Assembly (NCBI RefSeq): GCF_006345805.1
Contig: NW_021834110.1
Coordinates: 1 to 27,292, forward strand
Direction of reading: 5' to 3'
DNA: 27,292 nucleotides
Source: Octopus sinensis
Taxonomy: Eukaryota
Below are positions 12,130-22,240 of this stretch, in pieces (position 1 is the first letter of the stretch; each line of letters opens with the position of its first letter). Made by a program: the position numbers and the translations under genes. The notes beneath the pieces were generated by a model. It searched no databases, was not told the DNA's origin, and saw nothing but the letters and a program-made list of their open reading frames with translations.

Positions 12130-12332
12130 CTAAGCACAAAGCCCGAATTTTGGGGGGAGGGCACCAGTCGATTTGATCGATCGCAGTATGCAAATGGTAC
12201 TTAATTTATCGACCCCGAAAGGATAAAAGGCAAAGTCGACCTCGGCAGAATTTGAACTCAGAACATAAAGACAGATGAAATATTGGTAAGCATTTCGCCC
12301 GGCGTGTTAACGTTTCTGCCAGCTCGCCGCCT
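12130..12332 (-). mobile_element. SINE family B copy
   Basis: Full head ggcggcgagctggcagaaacgttaac and core gtcgactttgccttttatcctttcggggtcgataaattaagtacc. The core resembles the conserved MetaSINE-type domain (from recall, unverified). Confidence 0.9.
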
Positions 12333-12351
12333 TGCAGGAACAATTATATTC

Positions 12352-12492
12352 TTTTCTTCTCTAGGTACATGGCCCGAAATTTTGAGGGAGGGGGCCAGTC
12401 GATTACATCCACCCAATTATAAAACTGGTACTTAATTTATCAACCCCAAAAGTATGACTTCGCCGGAATTTGAACTCAGAACGTAGCGGCAG
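12352..12492 (-). mobile_element. SINE family B partial copy with an internal deletion
   Basis: ggcccgaaattttgagggagggggccagtcgatt...gaatttgaactcagaacg. Confidence 0.8.
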
Positions 12493-12494
12493 AC

Positions 12495-12741
12495 AAAAAT
12501 ACCTCTTTCTTTACTACCCACAAGAGGACAAACACAGAGAGGACAAACAAGGACAGACAAACGGATTAAGTCGATTATATCGACCCCAGTGCGTAACTGG
12601 TACTTATTTAATCGACCCCGAAAGGATGAAGGGTAAAGTTGACCTCGGCGGAATTTGAACTCAGAACGTAACGGCAGACGGCAGACGAAATAACGCTAAG
12701 CATTTCATCCGGCGTGCTAACGTTTCTGCCAGCTCGCCGCT
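12495..12741 (-). mobile_element. SINE family B, young copy with a variant 3' tail
   Basis: Intact head and core; tail atccgtttgtctgtccttgtttgtcc...gtagtaaagaaagagg. Confidence 0.9.
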
Positions 12742-13685
12742 TTTTATGTAATAAAATATTATTAGGAATTACATTAAAATGATATGAAAATGATTATAAT
12801 GATGTGAAAATGATTATTCGGAATTGCATTAAAATGATGTGAAAACTTATGTGGACACCTGAGGGTCATATGGACCCTGACTAAGAACCATTGTACTAGA
12901 CGAAAATTATCGTCACAAAAAGCAAACCCAAATAGTATACAACAGATGTGCTGAAAGGTAATTTTAAACAACGAAACTTTAGTCATATATTTCTTTCAGA
13001 AATACAAGCAGGAAGAATACTATGAAAAGGTTCAACACATCTGATGTTTGAAAGCACATGTACCACATTTTATATCACGTGATAAAGCCTCGACATATGC
13101 AGACCATACAGAAGTGGTACAAAATGAAAATTACCTCATGCGCAGTAAGCTTAGTATATCAAAACAAAACCTAAATGTTTGCTCAAAAATCATCAATAAA
13201 TGTTATCATATGGAGAAGTACTTGCTGAATTTCTGTAAGCTTACACCACCATTTTACTGTATATTTAAGTATTTATAAGTAACAATTACACTCCCAATTA
13301 TCCATCTTCGGTTGTGACTCAATATGAGACATGAGATCTCAGTCTCTGCTATTTATACGGCCAATCCTTTATATTTTCATTTCATCAAATTTACATATTT
13401 ACTCTCATATAACAGTTTATTTTAAATTCGCCCAATTTGAGTCAAATTTGATACATTCGTATACTCTTTGTCCTTACTTTAAGGTATAAGCTAAGAGAGT
13501 GTGAGTTATGCCATTTGTCATATATTGAAACATATATTGCGATGCCGGAAACTCTGCAGACAATATAATCATTTAATATTTCGCTGATATTCCACTAAGA
13601 AGCTGATTCAAACAAACTCTTGCCACTAAGAGTTTTGAGCAATGAGTTGTCCGGTATCACACACATACACACAAACACATATGCA

Positions 13686-13765
<80 letters not shown>

Positions 13766-13847
13766 GCTATATCTAAAGATGTATGTGTGTATGAGTTTGT
13801 GCATGTGTGTCTGCGAGTGCGCGTGTATAAATATATATATATATATA

Positions 13848-14054
13848 ATATTACGGAGATGTACTTGCATAGCAAGTGACTTGATCTGAGATCGTGTGCT
13901 GGAACGAAAACAATTGCAGCGTGGAAGGTGTTTATAAGCCATTTAAGAAACACACAAAGCCGTTAGATTCACTTCAACATTTAAATTTAATTTGTCAAAA
14001 TATTTTCGTCGCTTTGAGACTACGACCTGTTCACTGACAAAACATCGTGCTGCA
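13848..14054 (-). mobile_element. ~200-bp non-coding element in (TA)n carrying an HHR-like motif
   Basis: Unique segment bounded by (TA)n on both sides; contains the 13991-14041 motif. Confidence 0.65.
13991..14041 (-). ncRNA. Type I HHR-like motif with a G3-C8 core variant
   Basis: TTTGTCA-GTGAACA-G-GTCGT agtctcaaa GCGAC-GAAAATATTT-TGACAAA: 7-bp stem I, 5-bp stem II, palindromic stem III. Confidence 0.6.
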
Positions 14055-14899
14055 TATATATATATATATATATATATTATATTATATATATATATATATA
14101 TATTATATATAATATATATATATATGTATTAAAACTGAATAAACAGAGTCAAGAATGAGTACGTTTAGACAGCTATTTAATAAACACTACACATGTTATA
14201 ATACAACATAGATCCATATATACAGAGGATTTAAATTACACAACGGTTTACCTGTATAATGGAGTCCAGTTGTATCTCCTCAGGAGATACATAATCGTTG
14301 TTCCCGTTAATAAGTCTTTCGCTTTGATGCTAACACAAACACATACACACACACATTCACACATACATGTATTTATGTATATATACGTCATGAGAATTTT
14401 GTAAATTCGAATAATATGAAATAGATAGGTTTTTATTTTTAACCTTTGGAAAGAAAAAGTGGAAGGCTACAAGTGGGACATAAACAGACATAAATACGAC
14501 AGACGTTCTCGTTGGTAAGTTCAAAGCTTCTAAAGCTGATGGAGAAAATTCAAAGTATATTGGTAGATTGTCTTTCATGTTTACAGAGGATACGGTTCTG
14601 AAACCTATGGGCAGCCTTAGATTTTTCCATATTGGGGATTCCAAACCCAATATTCTATATGCTTTTATTTGTAGACTTAAGTGTTTCGAGATCCGCTCTT
14701 TTGCATCAAACTTCTTCGCAATTTTCTGCTTTTTTTCCTCATATTTTCTCATAAACCAGCGCCCTGTTTTTCAAATAGGTCTAATGGTATGCACAGAGAT
14801 TGAAAGATTGCTTGGAGATACATGGCATGTTATGTAAATCTACCAATTTATTGTATCACTTAAATATGAAACTATTAGTAACTCTTTTGTAAATTGTGT

Positions 14900-14940
<41 letters not shown>

Positions 14941-14944
<4 letters not shown>

Positions 14945-15170
14945 TTAAGTTAAGTTAAGTTAAGTTAATTTTTGGCTCAAAAAGCAAAAAGCAAGGCCAT
15001 GTGGGGGGACATGGAGTTATGTACAGGGGTTGTGTTCATGCAAAGAGTTCAGGCCATTTCTGGTCAAGAGAGACTTTGAACCGAGCAGTCGTCGGCATCT
15101 TCACTATCTCGTCCGGCAGCTTATTCCCCAGATCCGCAACCCGGACGGAGAAAGCTCCTCTCCTTCGATT
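14941..15170 (-). mobile_element. 3' end of a CR1/L2-like LINE with an (AACTT)n tail
   Basis: Minus translation NRRRGAFSVRVADLGNKLPDEIVKMPTTARFKVSLDQKWPELFA* matches the CR1-type C-terminus (FS.RV...WN.LP...V......FK..LD); (TAAGT)5 at 14941-14965. Confidence 0.85.
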
Positions 15171-15225
15171 ATATGTCTATATATATGATTGTATGTATAC
15201 ATACATACAAACATATACACACACA

Positions 15226-15290
<65 letters not shown>

Positions 15291-15295
<5 letters not shown>

Positions 15296-15459
15296 CGACA
15301 GGCTTCTTTCAGTTTCCGTCTACCAAATCCACTCACAAGGCTTCGGTCGGCCTAACGCTATAGTAGAAGGCACTTGCCCAAGGTACCACGCAGTGGGACT
15401 GAACTCGGAACCATGTGGTTGGTAAGCAAGCTACTTACCACACAGCCACTCCTACGCCT
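15291..15459 (-). mobile_element. SINE family A, 5' half (tRNA-like head)
   Basis: Near-identical to the reverse complement of 26456-26620. Confidence 0.9.
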
Positions 15460-15483
15460 ATAATTAACTAATTAATTAGGAGA

Positions 15484-15561
15484 TGTTTAACAGCTGTTTC
15501 TGGGATATCTCAAATGATAGGTTAGCATTTCCTTACACTGGGTATTCCGTCATCAGAGACA
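15484..15561 (-). ncRNA. Type I HHR-like motif (GUU site, weaker stems)
   Basis: TGTCT-CTGATGA-[hairpin]-GAAACAGCTGTT-AAACA. Confidence 0.6.
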
Positions 15562-15832
15562 AGATGAGTATGTATGAAAGTTCTGGTCAGGGAATTCATA
15601 GTTTATAAAGGAATAAAATAGAAGATAGAAGAATAAAGAGTAAAACAGCAGACAGAAGAATGCTGACTGGAAAATAAAGTTCACAGTTCGTCTTCTTCCA
15701 GAGGAAATGGAGGTTGGCCCCTACTTCCGTGAAGGTATAGGTCCTTAAGTATAATCCCAGGTAAATCCAAGCAGTATTTTGGCAGTATTTTGAATGTTGC
15801 ATTCGCGTTTAAAGAATAGACCGTACTCATCT

Positions 15833-15910
15833 TGTCTCTGATGACGGAAAGCCCAGTGTATGGAGATGCTAACCTATCACTTGGGCTATCCCAGAAACAG
15901 CTGTAAGGCA
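15833..15910 (+). ncRNA. Type I HHR (canonical core, GUA site, long stem II)
   Basis: TGTCT-CTGATGA-cGGAaAGCCCAGTG...CACtTGGGCTaTCCca-GAAACAGCTGTA-AGGCA; stem I TGTCT/AGGCA; self-complementary stem III ACAGCTGT. Confidence 0.75.
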
Positions 15911-16031
15911 TCCAATATTTAATTAATTGATTAATTACCTCAAACTCACCTTACTCTAATTAAATATTCTAAATGACTTGGCATTTTCGTCCGGCCTTGG
16001 TTTTATTTCTCATTTTCCTTTAGTATATATA

Positions 16032-16430
16032 CAGGGTGGCCCAAAAGTAGGATTACAGTTATCACGTAGACACTTTAAATATCTTTTAAAACATTTTTAC
16101 TACATTTAAATTTCTATCCTACAATTATATTGTTTATGCACATCTTAAACAGACAATGTTTAATCTCTCAAAGGCTCAAAACGTCCTCCTTCAACATTGC
16201 AATATTCTTCAAACTTCTTCAGAACACTCTGATACACAGTGTAGCACAAATTCCTATCTCCATCAATTTCAGTGAATGCATCAGAAACGTAATCCTTTAA
16301 TTCATTTCTTGTTTTCTCATAAACCTTGTTCTTTAACAACATCCCCAAACAAGAAATCCATTGGTGTCAGGTCAGGTGGACGTGGTTGCCATTCGATGCT
16401 GCCCCGACTTCCAAACCAACGCCTTTCCAC
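16032..16430 (-). mobile_element. Tc1/mariner-superfamily remnant (transposase C-terminus plus one TIR)
   Basis: Minus translation RWFGSRGSIEWQPRPPDLTPMDF..(frameshift)..LKNKVY...EGGRFE matches WPPRSPDLTP.DF; the terminus is TA|CAGGGTGGCCCAAAAGTAGG. Confidence 0.85.
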
Positions 16431-16514
16431 GGCGTTGGTTTGGAAGACGGGGAAAGGCGTTGAGGGAGTCCGCTGAATAATGGTTTCTTATTTGTTTTAT
16501 TAAGATCTAAACTG

Positions 16515-16920
16515 TTATTCTTTTACTCTTCTACTTGTTTCAGTCATTTGACTGCGGTCATGCTGGAGCACCGCCTTTAGTCGAGCAAATCGACCCCAGG
16601 ACTTATTCTTTGTAAGCCTAGTACTTATTCTATCGGTCTCTTTTGCCGAACCGCTAAGTTACGGGCACGTAAACACACCAGCATCGGTTGTCAAGCAATG
16701 CTAGGGGGACAACCACAGACACACAAACATATACACACATACATATATACATACATATACATATATTCGACGGACTTCTTTCAGTTTCCGTCTACCGATT
16801 CCAGTCACAAGGTTTTGGTCGGCCCGAGGCTATAGTACAAGACACTTTCCCAAGGTCTACACAGTGGGACTGAACCCGGAACTATATGGTTCGTAAGCAA
16901 GCTACTTACCACACAGCCAC
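16515..16920 (-). mobile_element. SINE family A, near-complete copy
   Basis: Reverse complement of 26456-26924 including the internal microsatellite. Confidence 0.92.
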
Positions 16921-16984
16921 ATACATATGCATGTGCATATATGGGTACAGTACATCACAAGCAGCAAACAACATGAAATACGAA

Positions 16985-17322
16985 AACAAATGAGTTGAAT
17001 ACGCAAACAACGAGAGAAACAAATGGTAAACGGGACAAGTAACATAAAGAATGACCCTTCATCAGTTGTCATTTCGAGCATTCAGTGACAATATGAGTCT
17101 CCGAAGGTAGTTGCTCCCATAAATACCAAAATAAAATTTGGGATTTAAGGAGAATCAAAGTTGGAAACAAAACAGGACATTAGAGACATACAAGGAAACC
17201 TAAAGAAGACAAAAATGGAGTGTCGTAGGTAGGCAGCCGACAACTGATGAAGAGTCGTTCTTTATGTAATTGTCTTGTTTTCCATTTGATTCTCTCGTGT
17301 TTGCGTATTCAACTCATTTGTT
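16985..17322. mobile_element. Element with ~85-bp inverted arms, each containing CTGATGA; permuted HHR at the left arm
   Basis: Arms 16985-17070 and 17239-17322 are imperfect reverse complements. Confidence 0.8.
17049..17096 (-). ncRNA. Non-circularly permuted HHR-like motif (linker apparently deleted)
   Basis: TCAT-A-TTGTC act GAATGCTC-GAAATGACAA-CTGATGA-A-GGGTCATTC. Confidence 0.55.
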
Positions 17323-17333
17323 GTCATATATAA

Positions 17334-17377
<44 letters not shown>

Positions 17378-17391
17378 CATACATATACATG

Positions 17392-17431
<40 letters not shown>

Positions 17432-17444
17432 ATATATATATATA

Positions 17445-17701
17445 TATATTATATTAAATTAGAGATAAAACCACTATTAGGCAAATCATACAATGAAAAA
17501 CTTAAGCCAATACATAAGATTAATTAATTTATATTATTTTAAATATATATCAAAATTATTAAAATTATTAATAATTTAATATTTTAATAATTTTGATATA
17601 TATTTAAAATAATATAAATTAATTAATCTTATGTATTGGCTTAAGTTTTTCATTGTATGATTTGCCTAATAGTGGTTTTATCTCTAATTTAATATAATAT
17701 A
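17445..17701. repeat. Perfect palindrome with 121-bp arms and a 15-bp spacer (MITE/foldback-like)
   Basis: 17445-17565 is the exact reverse complement of 17581-17701; a solo arm lies at ~22130-22240. Confidence 0.92.
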
Positions 17702-17839
17702 ATATTTTACTATAATTGGATTCAATCCTAAATCTGATTTTTCCCTGTAAGTTTGGATCTATTCCCTAATATTTTAATCATATATATATATATATATATA
17801 TATAGGGGGAGAGAGAGAACAGACATAGGGTTAAAAAAA

Positions 17840-17919
17840 TTACTACAGCTGTTTCGGTCGAATTTTATTCATGTATTCATAGATTACATAATAGTTTATA
17901 GTCCACCGTCTTCAGATAA
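17840..17919 (-). ncRNA. Type I HHR-like motif (CUGAAGA core, GUA site)
   Basis: TTAT-CTGAAGA-c-GGTgGA...TCgACC-GAAACAGCTGTA-GTAA; decayed inverted partner at 18035-18118. Confidence 0.65.
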
Positions 17920-18589
17920 AATTTTAAGCAGATATCAAACAGATGAGATAATATATCGACTTTTATCGAACAATGTTGGTTGGATTGGTCACGATCGATG
18001 CATTATCTGAGTGCTTTTGATACCTGTTTAAAATGTTACCTAATAAGGGTGGATTTTACGTCATGATGTACTCGATGAATATTCAATAAAATTCTATCAA
18101 AACAGCAGTCATAAATTTTAAACTTCATTTAAGGCACCCTTTTTATATTTACGCCATACATAGAACAAGCCCCGAGTCGGATTTACGGTTTAAATTGGAT
18201 ACTACAGTTGATACCTTCATCGTTGTTTTACCTCACTGTGAATCCTACGTTAATGCACATAGCCATTTCTGGCATTCTGCGTGTTGACGTGCCTAGATTC
18301 TACAGAATCTCATAACTAATTATATATATATGTGTACATGTGTGTATTTGAGTGTGTATGCATATGTATGTATGTATAAACAGCTGTGCAGTAAAAATCA
18401 TTCGTTTTGAAACAAATTAGGTGAAACTGGTTCTTAATAAATCTACCAGCATATATTGTTTGTATGCTATACGACGTGTAGTATTTAGGCATCATATATT
18501 AATACGACATGTTCTGATCAAAATTATATATTGACAACGAGTGTAGCGCGAAATCCATTTACATAAAGCATAAATATCATTCTGACATG

Positions 18590-18631
<42 letters not shown>

Positions 18632-18749
18632 CCGTTACAGTTAAGCATACATCACAATAAACAGATTTTGTTCAATGTATGTTCAGAAAATATATTTTGT
18701 GTGGTTAATATAAATAAGATTTTGGAAGACATATTCTTTTTTATATTTT

Positions 18750-18930
18750 ACATGTTTCACTCATTGGACTGCAGCCATTGAGAGAACATTTTGAAAGGTT
18801 TTAGTCAAACAGATCGACCACCTCGCCATATTCTACCGGCCCTTTTTGCCGAACTACTAAGTAAGGAGGATGTAACAGACCAACAACGGTTTTCAGGTGC
18901 TGTCGGTGACACAGTTACAAAGTTACACAC
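18750..18930 (-). mobile_element. SINE family A, old 3' half
   Basis: catgtttcactcattggactgcagccat...tttttgccgaactactaagt. Confidence 0.7.
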
Positions 18931-19133
18931 ACACACACGTGCGCGCACACACACACTTACAAACGCGCAAGTAGGCGAATATATCATGTCTAGGAGTCCG
19001 AGAGAGATCACCAATGAGCTTATATGAGTGTTTTTACACCTTTTACCCTAAACGAGAAGTTTTCTCCTAGGTAAACTGAAGTGTAGCAGACATTAGAACT
19101 TAAAATCTGTCATAAACCTATTTGAGCTAACCT

Positions 19134-19192
<59 letters not shown>

Positions 19193-19268
19193 GATTTTTG
19201 CTACTCAGGTATCGGTTAAATTTTGAATAATCCGTAACAAGATAATTCATTTATCCATTTCAATAAAT

Positions 19269-19272
19269 AAAT

Positions 19273-19323
<51 letters not shown>

Positions 19324-19518
19324 ATATATGTGTGTATGTGTGTGTGTGTGTGCGTGTATGTGTAAGTATGTGTGTGTGTGTATGTGTAAGTATGTGTGTG
19401 TGTTTGTGTGTGTGTGTATGTGTGTGTATATGTGTGTGTGTATGTGTAAGTATGTGTGTGTGTATGTGTGTAAGTTTGTGTGTGTGTGTGTATGTGGGTG
19501 TGTGTGTATGTATGTATA
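19269..19518. repeat. (TA)n and degenerate (TG)n microsatellite
   Basis: Directly visible. Confidence 0.95.
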
Positions 19519-20023
19519 AATTGAGGATAGAGTCATTAAAATGATTATACCAGTGACCAGCGTATAAAAAATACCATATCAGGAAAATTAATATTTAAGT
19601 ATATAATCATAAATATATATTTCGTTTTTTGATTTAGTTTGCAAGATTTTTTATGTGAGTTCGTGTGTTGAAGTATATTTTGTTGTGTCTGGGGACGCAA
19701 GACGTAACGAAAATTTCAGAAAAATAAAAAAGAAATAAGTGGAAATTTTACCGGTGAGTGTGTTAAATTAAAAGGCACCAAAAGAGAATGACCCTCTCCA
19801 GACACAACAGCATAAATATATAATTATAGTTAAGGGCGCTGAAGGGACACCTTAGAAGTGGATATCTAATATTTACAAACCACTATAAATTTGTTGTAAT
19901 TACTTTGCACGAAATCTTAAGATGAAAAGTTTTTCAAAATTTTATAGATTTTCTTGTCCATTTCCTCACATTCAGCCAAGGGCTAAAAATTAGAACAAAT
20001 TTGGAATGGTTTGTATAAGACAG

Positions 20024-20322
20024 CGACCATGCTGGGAACCAGTACTTATCTTTTTATGCCTGACACTTATTCTATCGGTCTCTTTTACCGAACCTCTTAG
20101 TTACAGGGATCCAAACGCACCAACGACGGTTGTCAAGCGGTAGGTGTGGGACAACACAGACAGAAAGACCCACTGACATAGATATACATACATATATATG
20201 TACGACGAACTTCTTTCAGTTTCCGTTTACCAAATCCACTCAAAATGCTTTAGTCAGCCCAAGGTTATAGTAGAAGACACTTGTCCAAGGTGGCACGCAG
20301 TGGGGTTGAATCTGGTACCATG
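20024..20322 (-). mobile_element. SINE family A, degenerate copy
   Basis: acttattctatcggtctcttttaccgaac...cttctttcagtttccgtttaccaaatccactca...cacgcagtggg. Confidence 0.8.
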
Positions 20323-20383
20323 TCACGCATGTGTATGTATTTATATGTTTGTATGTACGTATGTATGTATGTATTATGTACGT

Positions 20384-20785
20384 CTTATTCAGTTTTATTT
20401 CAAAATTTCTTCCTAACCTAGATCCAAGGTTCCTTTATTGGAATTTCGACACTCATAGCGGGGTGTTTCATATGTTTGTATGTACATATGCAGATTTGTA
20501 TGTTTTGTTTTATGTGTCTTCTTATGCATATAGTTGCATATCTAGACATGGTCATATATACTTCAATGATAAACTTCTGGAAAGTTTTACAAATTTTTAC
20601 AGTTCCAATGATGGCTTGAATCTGTAGTCTTCGAATCAGCTTTCTCCTTTCTGGTTTCGGGAAGTCTAATTTCTCAAGATTGGTACTTAAGCAGTGTGTT
20701 ACATATCCAAGTGCCACAATATTTGCAGTATAAATCTGAACTTGTAATCTGGATAGAGAAACTGCTGATTTCTCAATAGTTCAAT
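20384..20785 (-). mobile_element. 3' fragment of RLE-type LINE family 2 with 3' UTR
   Basis: LRNQQFLYPDYKFRFI...ALGYVTHCLSTNLEKLDFPKPERRKLIRRLQIQAIIGTVKICKTF; (TATG)-like runs on both sides. Confidence 0.85.
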
Positions 20786-20799
20786 GTATGTATGTATGA

Positions 20800-21150
20800 C
20801 TCCTATTTTTTAATTATTATAAATCTTCCACGGAGGAGTGAGCTGGTTTCCAACAAAGATACAAGGCTCCATCTTTAGGATGTAGTTAACACAGACAAAT
20901 TCACATTTGGAACTTGTGAAAAGTCTTGCATATTTTTATTGCTCCACTCACAGATTGGACTTGCATTGTACGAATAATCCGGTCGATTTCTCTGTCTAAA
21001 AATCCCAGTTTATCCAGCTTCTCATTTAAGCATTTTCTAACAAAACCTAGTGCTCCAATTATTATTGGTATGAATGTGAATTCATAGTCTGGATATAGAA
21101 ACTGAAGGTTTCGAAGCAGTTGTCCATAGATATGCTCTTTTTTCTGTGAT
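20800..21150 (-). mobile_element. 3' fragment of RLE-type LINE family 2 with 3' UTR
   Basis: KEHIYGQLLRNLQFLYPDYEFTFIPIIIGALGFVRKCLNEKLDKLGF...GAIKICKTFHKF. Confidence 0.85.
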
Positions 21151-21212
21151 TTTATGTACGTAATTATAGGTGTGTAATCATGTATTATGTATGTATATAT
21201 GTATGTATGTAT

Positions 21213-21372
21213 GGCGAGCTTCTACATAGTTTCCACCTACCAAATCCCTTAACAAGACATTGGTAGACCTGGTGTTATAGCAGAAGATACTTGCATATGG
21301 TGCTATGTAAAAGGGACTGAATACGATAACAAGTGACTCCAAAACGAATATCTAAATCACGCGCCAATGCCT
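21213..21372 (-). mobile_element. SINE family A, old head copy
   Basis: agtttccacctaccaaatcc...tatagcagaagatacttgc...gggactgaa. Confidence 0.6.
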
Positions 21373-21769
21373 ATTACAAGCTTCATATCCTGAATAATAC
21401 ATATTCTTAATACACATAAGTAAAATACATTTCAAATGATATAATTTGCACGTGTACACGGTACAACATACATGACTAAACATAATTTAGCTCCTCATTC
21501 ACTTAGAATTATGTCTTATTGCTTTTCTCTTGTCTAAAATTTTGTAATAACATATGCTCGATGATATCTGATATATATATATATATATATATTACAGCGA
21601 AAGCTCGTTACGTTATTTTATCTAAACAAGAATGTATAGTGTCCACGTTAATATTTGAATTAATTCTGTTTCAATAATTTTTCTCTGTTTTTATTCATTC
21701 TCGTATTCGATGGACATATAGCGGTACCTGAGCCGACTCAAGACATCTCTAGTGAGACCTTTTATTGAT

Positions 21770-21811
21770 GTACTTGAAGAGACCCAGAACAGGTCGAAAC
21801 ATGTGTTGTAC
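21770..21811 (+). ncRNA. Minimal type I HHR-like motif (C3U) followed by AATAAA
   Basis: GTAC-TTGAAGA-GACC cagaaca GGTC-GAAAC-atgt-GTT-GTAC; AATAAA at 21814-21819. Confidence 0.65.
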
Positions 21812-22010
21812 CCAATAAAGTCTTTTCCACATTGCATCTCCTATTTTATTAATACTGTTACCCCAACCGCCACTACGAAGTTCCTACAATAAATCTACGG
21901 ATAACAACAGGTAATCAATACTGTGCCGGTGCTTTACTCATCTTCTATTTATACATTTTATATAATTTCTTCATCATATATAATATATATATGAAGCTTG
22001 TATATATATA

Positions 22011-22058
<48 letters not shown>

Positions 22059-22129
22059 CATATATATATATATATATATAGATATATATATATATATATA
22101 TATACTCATTATCTTTTATTAACTTTTAA

Positions 22130-22240
22130 AATAATTTTGATATATATTTAATATAAATTAATTAATTTTATGTATTGGCTTAAGTTTTTCATTGTTTGAT
22201 TTGCCTAATAGTGTTTTTATCTCTAATTTAATATAATATA
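22130..22240. repeat. Solo arm of the 17445-17701 palindromic element
   Basis: tatgtattggcttaagtttttcattgtttgatttgcctaatagtgtttttatctctaatttaatataata is nearly identical to 17630-17701. Confidence 0.9.

Larger units (their letters stand above)
15461..15937. mobile_element. Element with ~110-bp inverted arms, each carrying an outward-facing HHR
   Basis: Arms 15461-15570 and 15824-15937 are imperfect reverse complements. Confidence 0.8.

Noticed and set aside
12986-13150. Possible exon (tttctttcag acceptor, gtaagc donor)
   Set aside because: All three frames contain stops between the sites and no protein is recognisable.
14240-14291. Palindrome TGTATCTCCT-C-AGGAGATACA with CTGAGGA on the minus strand as an HHR
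   Set aside because: There is no GAAA in register and no consistent stems I or III; only a 10-bp inverted repeat is supported.
14670-14710. GAG cggat CTC GAAAC acttaa GTC on the minus strand as an HHR
   Set aside because: There is no CUGANGA-like core upstream.
19681-19809. 15-bp inverted repeat with CTGG(G/A)GA, similar to the 16985 element arms
   Set aside because: The core lacks A6 and partner strands could not be assigned; probably a deleted relative.
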